Shown: piece by piece, positions 1 to 8,325 of the stretch
Layout of the letters: every line of letters starts with the position of its first letter
Numbering within the stretch: the stretch's first letter is position 1
DNA from: a virus
Taxonomy: Duplodnaviria > Heunggongvirae > Uroviricota > Caudoviricetes
Length of the DNA stretch: 64,000 nucleotides
Strand: one strand, 5' to 3'
IMG/VR virus record: IMGVR_UViG_2585427754_000004
The notes under the pieces: generated by a model
The model's input: only the letters and a program-made list of their open reading frames with translations
What the model was told of the DNA's origin: nothing
The model's database searches: none
Translations under genes and position numbers: made by a program

Positions 1-568
1 TTCCATCAACAGCGGCTCTGGCGCGTGGATAGATATGCGTAACCAGAACGTCATCTTCGGGAGGAACGCTGTAAGTACAAGCTCTGCACAAGCGTTGTTG
101 AGACAAGACCACGCGGATCGCAAATTCTTCTTGGGTGGCTTGGGAAACAGTCAGTTTGGTTTTTACATGATCAACAACTCACGTACCGCAAACGGCACGG
201 ATGCGAACGCATACCTCCAGAATGATGGTACTTGGGTTTGTGGCGGTAATGGCAGCTTTAATGACGTTTATATCCGCTCTGACCGTCGTAGCAAACGCAA
301 TATTCGCAAGATTGAACGAGCGCTCGACAAGCTGGATCGGATCGAAGGTGTTCTGTACGAGATTCAGGTCTGTGACCGGTATGAGCAGTCTGGCGGCCTC
401 ATCGCTCAGGACGTCCAGAATGTTCAGCCTGAACTGGTAACGGTTGACCATAACGATCAGTCAGGAGAGCCTCGTCTGCGTCTTAACTACAACGGCGTTA
501 TCGGCATGTTGGTCGAGGCTGTCAAAGAGCTGCGCGAGGAAGTGCGCGAACTGAAGGCAAAAATGTAA
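1..568 (+). CDS. Tail fiber protein, C-terminal part with intramolecular chaperone (peptidase S74-like) domain; 5' end outside window
   Basis: Translation contains YIRSDRRSKRNIRKIE and GGLIAQDVQNVQPELV, matching the autoproteolytic chaperone domain of phage tail fibers and endosialidases. Open reading frame runs in from the window edge. Confidence 0.7.
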   Translation, partial: SINSGSGAWIDMRNQNVIFGRNAVSTSSAQALLRQDHADRKFFLGGLGNSQFGFYMINNSRTANGTDANAYLQNDGTWVCGGNGSFNDVYIRSDRRSKRNIRKIERALDKLDRIEGVLYEIQVCDRYEQSGGLIAQDVQNVQPELVTVDHNDQSGEPRLRLNYNGVIGMLVEAVKELREEVRELKAKM

Positions 569-634
569 TCAAGGTGAATGGTGAGGGGCCACCCTCACCA
601 ATTCAGGATATTCACATCAAAAAGGAGATTAGAT

Positions 635-1417
635 GTGCCAATTGTCGGTGTTCCCGGTTGGATTGGGTCTTCGGCTGTCAGTGTGACAGGCCAGAGATGG
701 ATGAGTGCAGCTCGAACGGCGGTGCAATTGTCTGCTGCTGGGAATATGTCTCAGTTAGCAGGTCGTTCTAAGGAAATTCAGTACAGCATCGGTGCGAATC
801 ATAACTACAACAAAGACACACTGATCAACTATTTAAAATCCCAGGGGGCGACGCCAGTCGTTGTTACCATTACAGGGGATCTGGTGTCGTCCAGTAGCGG
901 CGTGCCATGTTTAGATTTCCCGAGTTCACTTACCAACTCTTATATCAGCCTTGTAATCAACGCAGGTGTGACTGTCTATGGACGCGGTGGCAATGGTGGT
1001 AGTAACGCTGCCGGTGCTGCTGGTGGTAACGCAATTAATAATGGCATCGGTACACGCTTGCGTATTACGAATAATGGTGCAATCGCTGGAGGTGGCGGCG
1101 GCGGTGGCGGCGGTAACAGGGGTAAACTAATATTTGGCGGCGGCGGTGGTCGCCCATTCGGTGCTGGTGGGTCTTCCTCTCATATGAGTTCCGGTGCAAC
1201 TGCTGGTACTATTTCCGCTCCTGGTAAAGGATCTGTTGGTGAGGGGTCTCTTAGTGCATATACAGGCGGTTCGGGTGGTAATGTCGGTGCTGCTGGAGGA
1301 AGATGTAATACTCAAGGTAACGGTACAGAATATAACGGCGGAGCAGCTGGTAAAGCTGTTACTGGTAATGCTCCAACTTGGACTAAAGTTGGGGCAATTT
1401 ACGGCGCTCATGTGTAA
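635..1417 (+). CDS. Glycine-rich protein, candidate tail-fiber adhesin or host-range determinant
   Basis: Sits directly after the tail-fiber gene. Several poly-Gly tracts (GGGGGGGGGN, FGGGGGRPFGAGG) separate short variable segments, as in T2-type gp38 adhesins. Start uncertain: GTG at 635 follows AAGGAG by 7 nt; ORF track gives 578. Confidence 0.4.
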   Translation: MPIVGVPGWIGSSAVSVTGQRWMSAARTAVQLSAAGNMSQLAGRSKEIQYSIGANHNYNKDTLINYLKSQGATPVVVTITGDLVSSSSGVPCLDFPSSLTNSYISLVINAGVTVYGRGGNGGSNAAGAAGGNAINNGIGTRLRITNNGAIAGGGGGGGGGNRGKLIFGGGGGRPFGAGGSSSHMSSGATAGTISAPGKGSVGEGSLSAYTGGSGGNVGAAGGRCNTQGNGTEYNGGAAGKAVTGNAPTWTKVGAIYGAHV

Positions 1418-1479
1418 GTACTTACCTACCAAGTGTGGGCGTTTTATGATATAAAACCGCCATCCCGATTTGACGATTC

Positions 1480-1815
1480 ATGGAGGAAATAATGTCGAAC
1501 GAGATGGCAGGCGTAACGCCAGAGCAGGTAGAGCGCATTGCCGCTATCGTTGCGCGTGAAGTTGTCGGCAAATTAGGTAAGGAGTTGCGTGAGGAAATTG
1601 GCCAGGAGGTCAACGACCAGCTCAAAACCTACTTTGGCGATATGACGCCTTCGCAACACAGCATTCAGCACTCCAACCTGGACAAACTACTTAATCGGCT
1701 AGACGCCATCTCCAGCGGGTTCTTTGGCGGCATTATCTCAAAGATAACGTCGTTCCTGATTACCGCGCTGCTGCTGGGTCTGGCCGCTTATGGCGTGAAG
1801 AATGGACTGCAATAA
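1480..1815 (+). CDS. Small protein with C-terminal transmembrane helix (holin candidate)
   Basis: 111 aa with C-terminal hydrophobic segment ITSFLITALLLGLAAYGV; lies at the head of the lysis cassette. Confidence 0.3.
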   Translation: MEEIMSNEMAGVTPEQVERIAAIVAREVVGKLGKELREEIGQEVNDQLKTYFGDMTPSQHSIQHSNLDKLLNRLDAISSGFFGGIISKITSFLITALLLGLAAYGVKNGLQ

Positions 1816-1828
1816 CAGGAGATCAAGG

Positions 1829-2521
1829 ATGAAAACTCCGAGAGGCATTCGTAATAACAACCCTGGCAACCTCGACAAAGGTTCGCCGTGGCAGGGGCTA
1901 ATCGACAACCCTGCCGAACCGCGCTTTTGCACGTTTAAAGACCCTGTTTGGGGGATTCGTGCGCTGGCGGTGACTCTAATTACCTACCACGATAAACGTC
2001 GCGCAAAAGACGGCACAAGTATCGATACCATTCGTGAAGTTATTGAACGCTGGGCACCGCCGAATGAAAACAATACTGACGCCTACATTAATGAGGTGTC
2101 TAAAGCCGTTGGTGTAACCGCAGACATGATCATCGATCTGCATGATTACGACATCCTTCGACCTTTGGTTGAGGCAATCATTCGCCACGAGAATGGCCGA
2201 GGCCCGCTAAAAACGCTGAACACCTGGTATGCGGCAGAAGTTATTGAGGAAGGTCTGCGTCGAGCTGGCGTTGTTAAGCCGGTGAAAACCGTGAAGGCTG
2301 TTCCTGTAACTAAAGAAACCGCAGGCGCAACTGTTACAGCAGGTATTGGTCTGGCGCAGCTGGCCGATGTTATGCCGCAGGTTTCCGCTGCTATGGATAA
2401 AGCACAAGGTCATATCTCTAGCGGGGATACAGTACGCATCATCTTCGGTATTGCCACTATTGTTGTGGCAGGATTCATTGCCTGGTCGCAGGTAAGAAAA
2501 CACCAGAAAGGGATGGTCTAA
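1829..2521 (+). CDS. Conserved phage protein with N-terminal RGIRNNNPGN motif and C-terminal membrane anchor; lysis-associated candidate
   Basis: ATG at 1829 preceded by AGGAG. C-terminal hydrophobic helix IIFGIATIVVAGFIAWSQV. Sits between the holin candidate and the spanins. Enzymatic class not established. Confidence 0.3.
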   Translation: MKTPRGIRNNNPGNLDKGSPWQGLIDNPAEPRFCTFKDPVWGIRALAVTLITYHDKRRAKDGTSIDTIREVIERWAPPNENNTDAYINEVSKAVGVTADMIIDLHDYDILRPLVEAIIRHENGRGPLKTLNTWYAAEVIEEGLRRAGVVKPVKTVKAVPVTKETAGATVTAGIGLAQLADVMPQVSAAMDKAQGHISSGDTVRIIFGIATIVVAGFIAWSQVRKHQKGMV

Positions 2522-2522
2522 T

Positions 2523-2774
2523 ATGCTAGGCAGCCTGATGACAAAGCTAAAAGTTGCTTTGATTACGCTGGCTGCCGTTCTTTTCGTTCTTGTCGGCGCT
2601 TACACGATGGGCGGGAATGCGGCGCGACGAGCAATGGAAGAGAAGGCAAAACAGGAAGACAGAAAACGACTTCAAAACACAGTGAAAGTGGTGAATGAGA
2701 CGAGCAGTAAAATACGTCAGAAAGATGCTTCTGCCGTTCATCGTGAGTTGTATGATAAGTGGGTGCGTCATTAA
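2523..2774 (+). CDS. Inner-membrane spanin (Rz-like)
   Basis: N-terminal transmembrane segment followed by a charged coiled-coil region; overlaps the next gene in the classic Rz/Rz1 arrangement. Confidence 0.5.
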   Translation: MLGSLMTKLKVALITLAAVLFVLVGAYTMGGNAARRAMEEKAKQEDRKRLQNTVKVVNETSSKIRQKDASAVHRELYDKWVRH

Positions 2775-2910
2775 ACCACAAACAGCCAGCGTGTTGTTCT
2801 GCGATGGGGCTGAGCCTATCTATATCAGCAATAATGATGTAATGACTGAAGAAACCGAACGCCAAATCCTTTTTCACAATACGATGGGAGAGAGGGTTTG
2901 TGGTTGGTGA
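2695..2910 (+). CDS. Outer-membrane lipoprotein spanin (Rz1-like), start embedded in the Rz-like gene
   Basis: Signal peptide with lipobox (MISGC), short mature region with Cys residues, +1-frame overlap with 2523..2774. Confidence 0.5.
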   Translation: MRRAVKYVRKMLLPFIVSCMISGCVIKPQTASVLFCDGAEPIYISNNDVMTEETERQILFHNTMGERVCGW

Positions 2911-2942
2911 TGTCGAAGTTCCCCTCAAATGAGGGGAACACA

Positions 2943-3464
2943 TTATTCGTCGAACAATTTTTCGATAGATTTTGTAGGATAGAACAAAGAACGCTCGTTG
3001 TTACCAACCAGCTGGATAAAGCCTAAACTTTTATAAAACGCCTTGGCTTTGTCATTTAACGCCTCAACGAAAAGTCCATGAATGCCTACAGCAAGAGATG
3101 CATTGTACACAACGCGCATTGCATGTGTTACAAGCATTGAGCCAAATCCTTGACCTTGAAGGGACTTGTCCAAAGCCAGCCTACCCAAAGTAACACTTGG
3201 AACATTCCGATAAGGAACCTTCTTTTGTTTGCTTCTTGAAGGTAAGGACTCCTTTTCAAAACAACTACCTGACAAAGTGTAATATCCTAACACTTTTGGC
3301 CTTTCTTCTTGAGTGCAAAGCACATAAGCACGAAGAATTTTTCCCTCATGCTGCCTTTTTAAGTGGTTGGCTAAAAAGGCGTTTAGTGACTCTTCGCCGC
3401 AATCAAAACCGTTTAGATCATAATCTTTCTCTCCAGAGAAAATCTCTATCGTTGTATTGCTCAC
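2943..3464 (-). CDS. GNAT-family acetyltransferase toxin (TacT/KacT-like) of a type II toxin-antitoxin pair
   Basis: 173 aa with acetyl-CoA-binding signature QGQGFGSMLV; 7 bp downstream of a DUF1778-type antitoxin gene on the same strand. Confidence 0.75.
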   Translation of the reverse strand: MSNTTIEIFSGEKDYDLNGFDCGEESLNAFLANHLKRQHEGKILRAYVLCTQEERPKVLGYYTLSGSCFEKESLPSRSKQKKVPYRNVPSVTLGRLALDKSLQGQGFGSMLVTHAMRVVYNASLAVGIHGLFVEALNDKAKAFYKSLGFIQLVGNNERSLFYPTKSIEKLFDE

Positions 3465-3471
3465 GAGTAAA

Positions 3472-3741
3472 CTACTCCATGCTTTTCAGACGATCAGCAG
3501 CTCGTTTCAGCTTGTCGTTCGGTGCCGGAGGATTGCTTATAGCGTCCATAACCAGATTCCAGGATTCTTCATTCAGAACTAGTCTACGGTGTTGCTCTAT
3601 AACTTTCACGGCACGTTCAGATGCACTGCTAACCATAAACTGAGTAATGCTCTGGTTAGACATTGCGGCAGCTTCCTCGATGATGCTTTTATCGTCATCG
3701 GTTAATCTCAAATCGATGCGCTGCTTTTTTAGTGCTGACAT
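3472..3741 (-). CDS. DUF1778 ribbon-helix-helix antitoxin (TacA/KacA-like)
   Basis: Translation MSALKKQRIDLRLTDDDKSIIEEAA ... NPPAPNDKL is typical of DUF1778 antitoxins. ATG at 3741 (minus strand) preceded by AGGAGG; ORF track extends to 3780. Confidence 0.7.
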   Translation of the reverse strand: MSALKKQRIDLRLTDDDKSIIEEAAAMSNQSITQFMVSSASERAVKVIEQHRRLVLNEESWNLVMDAISNPPAPNDKLKRAADRLKSME

Positions 3742-3752
3742 GTATTCCTCCT

Positions 3753-3779
3753 GATGGCCGTGATGTAGGAAGGCCATCA
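3753..3779. promoter_or_regulatory. Inverted repeat TGATGGCC-N11-GGCCATCA upstream of the antitoxin gene (candidate autoregulatory operator)
   Basis: Perfect 8-bp arms immediately 5' of the antitoxin ribosome-binding site. Confidence 0.35.
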
Positions 3780-4059
3780 ATCTCCTCTGTTCAAACTGAG
3801 TTTTCGACTCAAAAATTACTTTAAAAGGCTATAGCCCATTACGTGTGCATTATCAAATTGTGTACGGCATATCACCGTACTTGTAATATAGATGTCATTG
3901 TTACTTTTTTCAACAGACAAATACAAGCTATGTTTGCCAATTGTTAATCACAACCTACCATTTAACCTTTACACCGCAGCCGTAGGCATTTAGGCTATAT
4001 CACATATAAGAAAACAAGTTGTTTCAGACGATAATTATATACGCAAAGGGAACTCTCCA

Positions 4060-4728
4060 ATGACCAAGATCTTTGTGGTTGGCGGCACAAAGGGCGGGCC
4101 TGGCAAATCCACCGTTGCCCAGCAAATTGCCGTTTGCCTGAAAGTCAAAAAGAAGAAGAAGGTTTATATTACCGATATAGATATTCAGCGCACGACAACG
4201 AGCTGGTGTGAAGACCGTCGACAGAACGAAGACCTTGAGCTGATTCCTTTTGCATACGTTCAGGATGACATCATTAAGCACCTAAAATCGCTTCAGGGTA
4301 GAGCTGAGTTTGTAGTGGTAGATGCTGGTGGCTTCGACTCCGAAATTCAGCGACAAGCGATGCTGATGGCTGACGTTATCATTATCCCGCTGCGTCCTAA
4401 GCGTCGTGATTTGAAATCTTTACGTGACATCGATCCTATTATCGACAATGTTCGCAATGTAAACGATAAAGTGAAGGTCCGCGCGGTCATGAACCAGTGC
4501 CCGGCTTTGCCATCACAAGTGTCTCGCATTCTGGCGGCTAAAGAGATTGTTGAGACGTTTGGAATCGAGTCTGCGCCAGTCAATCTATATAACCGCAACG
4601 TCTATGATGATGCGGAAGAGTCTGGTCGCTCTATCTTTGAAATGACCGGTAGCGAGCGCGACAAAAAGGCGGAAGCCGAGTTTGAAGAATTTGTAGATTA
4701 TCTGTTGAGTCTGGAGGAAGAAGAATAA
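4060..4728 (+). CDS. parA: ParA-family partition ATPase (small type Ib)
   Basis: Deviant Walker A GGTKGGPGKST at the N-terminus; 222 aa; followed by a small RHH protein. Confidence 0.75.
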   Translation: MTKIFVVGGTKGGPGKSTVAQQIAVCLKVKKKKKVYITDIDIQRTTTSWCEDRRQNEDLELIPFAYVQDDIIKHLKSLQGRAEFVVVDAGGFDSEIQRQAMLMADVIIIPLRPKRRDLKSLRDIDPIIDNVRNVNDKVKVRAVMNQCPALPSQVSRILAAKEIVETFGIESAPVNLYNRNVYDDAEESGRSIFEMTGSERDKKAEAEFEEFVDYLLSLEEEE

Positions 4729-5087
4729 TGTCCATGAAAATGGGTGACCTAGCAAAGCGCAAAGAGCCTGATGCACCGGCTAAGAACACAACTCCTTTGC
4801 GCCAACCAGTCAGACCACAGGGACGCCCGACTCGTGGCAAAGAGAAAATTAAAAGCCGCACAATGTCACTGGAGGACGAATACTTCGAACTGCTGGAGAT
4901 GATGAAGTTCATCCCTCGCTTCGAGAAATTCACCCGTTCAGACGTGATTCGCGCAGCCATTTTCCATCTGGCAGAGAAGTCACCGCAGGAAATCGAGGAC
5001 ATCGTGAAACTTAACGAGGCGATCACAGCTGCCGATGTCACGATGCGTACCGATGAAATCAAACGAGAGTTGATGAAAAAAGGTTAA
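4728..5087 (+). CDS. Ribbon-helix-helix partition protein (ParG/ParB-like centromere-binding candidate)
   Basis: 119 aa with basic N-terminal tail and C-terminal RHH-like segment (TRSDVIRAAIFHLAE); start overlaps the parA stop. Confidence 0.45.
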   Translation: MSMKMGDLAKRKEPDAPAKNTTPLRQPVRPQGRPTRGKEKIKSRTMSLEDEYFELLEMMKFIPRFEKFTRSDVIRAAIFHLAEKSPQEIEDIVKLNEAITAADVTMRTDEIKRELMKKG

Positions 5088-5092
5088 AAATC

Positions 5093-5123
5093 ATGCATTG
5101 GCGCGTACATTGCGCCAATGCAT
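5093..5123. terminator. Perfect 12-bp inverted repeat between the convergent partition and GIY-YIG genes
   Basis: ATGCATTGGCGC-gtacatt-GCGCCAATGCAT. Confidence 0.5.
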
Positions 5124-5139
5124 AACTACAGTGTCAGCT

Positions 5140-5907
5140 TTATGCCGCGCTAACACTATGTTCAGTCCTAACCACCCCAACCTTCACAAAAGGGCTACCG
5201 TAGCTTGGTGGTTTCTTGATTAATTTGCCTACATACAGTTTTCTAATATGCTCATCGGCTATTCTGCCAACAAATTCATAACGTTTTGTGTCGGGGCCAA
5301 GAGCTATATCCCTTGTAAAGTACTGCTGAGAACCGGCTTTGACCCAGCATTCAATCCGATAAACTTCCATTATCAGCCCACCATATGTAGCGTAGGCATA
5401 TTTGAGATTCTCGTCTCTTGGAACCTTTGCCCATACGCCACGCGTAGCTTCATATAATGCCAGAGCGGACATTCCTGACTTGTAGGTGCTGTTTAGCAGG
5501 AAGGCAAGACCGGCGTGCTCAGGAGCAATTTCAGTTTCCTCTTGCAGCACTAAGTGATGGTAGGCGTCCAGTGATATTCTGCCCATCATGGAACCACTTC
5601 CTCGTACCTTATTCGTAAGCTCTCCGACCCCCATAAGGTCGATGCATGTCGCCTCAACAAGTTTGGCTGTGGTTTCATCCATACCATGACGAAGTATATC
5701 TATGCCTAATTTTTTATTAGCCAAAAGTTCTTTGATCCGCATGGATTTGGGAGAGTCATCGGGATACTTGATGTGATCGAGACAACGAGTCGATTTGCCT
5801 TTTCCTATGTAAAACGGTCTTTTCATCTTGTCTTCTGTATCATAGAGACAGTAAACATAGTATTTAGCCTTATCCAATGATCTCGCGTATACCGATAAAT
5901 CGTCCAT
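5140..5907 (-). CDS. GIY-YIG domain protein (homing-endonuclease-like or other nuclease)
   Basis: N-terminus YYVYCLYD ... PFYIGKGK ... R ... H matches the GIY-YIG fold. Opposite orientation to its neighbours. Confidence 0.45.
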   Translation of the reverse strand: MDDLSVYARSLDKAKYYVYCLYDTEDKMKRPFYIGKGKSTRCLDHIKYPDDSPKSMRIKELLANKKLGIDILRHGMDETTAKLVEATCIDLMGVGELTNKVRGSGSMMGRISLDAYHHLVLQEETEIAPEHAGLAFLLNSTYKSGMSALALYEATRGVWAKVPRDENLKYAYATYGGLIMEVYRIECWVKAGSQQYFTRDIALGPDTKRYEFVGRIADEHIRKLYVGKLIKKPPSYGSPFVKVGVVRTEHSVSAA

Positions 5908-6017
5908 TATTGCATCTCTTAGCTACTGACTAATGCGTTCTATTTTACACATAAGTTTTTAATCAATTTAACAGGCTCAAAGTGTAGAGCTTCTGGGCGT
6001 CTAAGACGACAAGTTAT

Positions 6018-6075
6018 GCCTGCTTCTGTATATATATAAATAATAAGTAACTTATTAAATATATACGGAAGCAGG
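6018..6075. repeat. AT-rich palindromic element of about 58 bp, copy 1
   Basis: GCCTGCTTCTGTATATAT ... ATATACGGAAGCAGG with AATAAGTAACTTATT at the centre; a near-identical element occurs at 51287..51345. Confidence 0.6.
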
Positions 6076-6182
6076 TCTTTTAAAAGACACCACCAGAACA
6101 AGTCCCTTCCGTTTCCACTTCCAAAAACTGCCACCAGTCGCTATCATCCGCTCATTGTGATAAGTAAGTAACTACCTACCAG

Positions 6183-6932
6183 GTGAGCCACATGAGCCAA
6201 ATCTTTTTCGATACCATCGACAACGACCAGTACGACTTCATGACAGAGTGGAATACCGCTGTTATGGACAAGTGGGTCGCTGAAAACATTGGTTTGTCGC
6301 GCTGTAAAGATGAGGCTGAACTCTTCGAGACGAAGTGGTTTGATTACCGCGACATGCATCCTCTGATGGCCACCTGTCTATTTACGGAGGCATACAAACG
6401 TCAGTACTCAAATATCATGCTGACGCACGGTCGCGAACACTTTGAAACAGCTCCGTTCACCACCGGGTTAAAACGCCTGCCTTATCAGGAGTTGTCGACT
6501 GCCAATAAAACGTCGCTATGGAAAGCACGCCAGTTTGCGGATCGCTATTGCTGCTCATACGACTACTTTATCTCCACCGTTCTTTCCGCAGCTGCACGAC
6601 GGCTGTGGGACAAGCTGCCGCGTCCGCAGCATTTGTGGCAGCCAGAACTGATTGAGATATTTGAAGATAAATTAGCCAGACGCGCAACAACCCGTCTGGA
6701 TGACTCTCTGGTTAGCTTTAAGCATATGGGAGACATGCAGTTCAACCCGATTCAGGAAAGCTATTTTGAGTGGATTCTGGAGCGTTTGCGCACCATCCCC
6801 CGCAGCAAGCGCATACGCGCAATTTTCTCCGCTATCTGGCTAATGGAAATCGTTCCAGAGCGCCTTATTTCCGCCCACTTTCCAGAAGAACTGGAAGAAG
6901 CACGGCGGTTTATTGATCCCCTATCTAATTAA
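6183..6932 (+). CDS. Hypothetical protein (immediately upstream of the helicase)
   Basis: 249-aa ORF with upstream TAAGTA palindrome motif; no recognisable motif. Confidence 0.35.
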   Translation: MSHMSQIFFDTIDNDQYDFMTEWNTAVMDKWVAENIGLSRCKDEAELFETKWFDYRDMHPLMATCLFTEAYKRQYSNIMLTHGREHFETAPFTTGLKRLPYQELSTANKTSLWKARQFADRYCCSYDYFISTVLSAAARRLWDKLPRPQHLWQPELIEIFEDKLARRATTRLDDSLVSFKHMGDMQFNPIQESYFEWILERLRTIPRSKRIRAIFSAIWLMEIVPERLISAHFPEELEEARRFIDPLSN

Positions 6933-6975
6933 CTAATACTAGAAAACAATTTGTTTAAAAAACAAAGGAAAGCAC

Positions 6976-8316
6976 ATGACCGAACTTTGCCATACAGGAC
7001 GCGGGCTGTCCGAAGAGTTTGATGAAGATTTTCAGAACAGATTGACGGCCTATTTTTGTCGTGATCACGAGTTTCTTACTCGTGCTGGAGATCTGGTTGT
7101 ACCTAGCCAATTTGCCAATGCGGCCAATGCCATATTGGTTAATATGGTTTCGGGCTATTACCGTATGTACAAGAGCGCGCCCTCTTCATCTGCGATTCTG
7201 GATATGCTTAAGCGTGCGAAACGCGATAAGACTATCCGTGAGGAACTATTCGCCGATGTTGTTGCTGCGTTTAAGCGCATCCTTGCAGAAAAATTGTCTG
7301 ATACCTCGTACATGGTTGACCAGGTATCAACCTTCGCAAAAAGTGTAGCGTTTGATGATGCTCTGATTAAGGCTGCTGAACTGAAAGAGAAAGGCGACTT
7401 TCAGGGGGCGATGGCAATCATGGCCAAGGTTCAGCAGATTGGATCGAACGAAGCGACCGGAATCTATGACTACTACACCTCCGCAAGTGAGCGATTGAAG
7501 GCGCGTGAATATGAGGCTTCAGAGGAGTATGTGCCAAACAGCATTACAACTGGACTCCCTCTGCTCGATAGGTTGCTGTACCAAAAAGGCTGGGCGAAGC
7601 GTGAAATGGTGCTCTTCATGGGGTTCGCTAAATCCGGTAAATCGACCGCAATGGGTGAGTTTTCCATAAACGCAACACTTGCTGGCTACAATGTTCTGTA
7701 TCTCTCGCTGGAGGTTCACACCACCATTTTATCCGACCGTTTTGATGCAAGATTGTCGGAGACAGAAATGTCCAAGCTGGTGGAACGGCGCGATGAGGTT
7801 CATCGTAAGTTGGCAGAGTTGGGAGCCACGAAGGGGATTGGTAGTTTGTGGGTGGTTGAGCGTCCGTCAGGAAGTATGTCACCGGCAGATCTGGACCGTA
7901 TGCTTAACAGCATGAAAGCCAACGGCATGGTACCTGACATGGTTGTTGTCGACTACGCAGATTTGATGCGTGCCAGTTATGACCTTCGTGATGATCGCGC
8001 CAACATTCGTAGTATCTACACCGATTTACGTGCTCTTTATGACAAGCATAACGTTGCTGGGATCACGGCATCGCAGACAAACCGTGAAGGTGGCGCGTCA
8101 GAAGTTGCCACAATGATGCACGCTGCCGACAACATCGAAAAAGTACGTATTGCTGACCTGGTAATAACGATCAACAAAACCGAAGAAGAAGAAGCGAAAG
8201 GAGAGGCTCGTCTCTACTTTGCTGGTTCACGTAACCAGCAGGGAGGGATCAGCATTCGCGTTAAACAAAACCTCGAACAAATGCGCTTCATTGAGCGAAT
8301 CTTAGACGTTACCTAA
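6976..8316 (+). CDS. DnaB-family replicative DNA helicase
   Basis: Walker A GFAKSGKST, Walker B VVVDYADLM, RecA-like C-terminal domain; conserved upstream AAACAAnTTGTTT motif and shared translation-initiation sequence. Confidence 0.7.
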   Translation: MTELCHTGRGLSEEFDEDFQNRLTAYFCRDHEFLTRAGDLVVPSQFANAANAILVNMVSGYYRMYKSAPSSSAILDMLKRAKRDKTIREELFADVVAAFKRILAEKLSDTSYMVDQVSTFAKSVAFDDALIKAAELKEKGDFQGAMAIMAKVQQIGSNEATGIYDYYTSASERLKAREYEASEEYVPNSITTGLPLLDRLLYQKGWAKREMVLFMGFAKSGKSTAMGEFSINATLAGYNVLYLSLEVHTTILSDRFDARLSETEMSKLVERRDEVHRKLAELGATKGIGSLWVVERPSGSMSPADLDRMLNSMKANGMVPDMVVVDYADLMRASYDLRDDRANIRSIYTDLRALYDKHNVAGITASQTNREGGASEVATMMHAADNIEKVRIADLVITINKTEEEEAKGEARLYFAGSRNQQGGISIRVKQNLEQMRFIERILDVT

Positions 8317-8325
8317 AAAATAAGC

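Noticed and set aside
574-771. Cys-rich 65-aa ORF overlapping the start of the glycine-rich gene
   Set aside because: It lies in an alternative frame of a region better explained by the 5' end of the glycine-rich gene. A short 17-codon frame with a strong AAGGAG site at 633 may be a leader peptide, but there is not enough evidence to call a gene.
6024-6045. CTGTATATATATAAATA inside the 58-bp palindrome as a LexA box
   Set aside because: It has the CTGT half-site but no ACAG partner at the correct spacing. The only convincing SOS box in the window is at 62501..62520.
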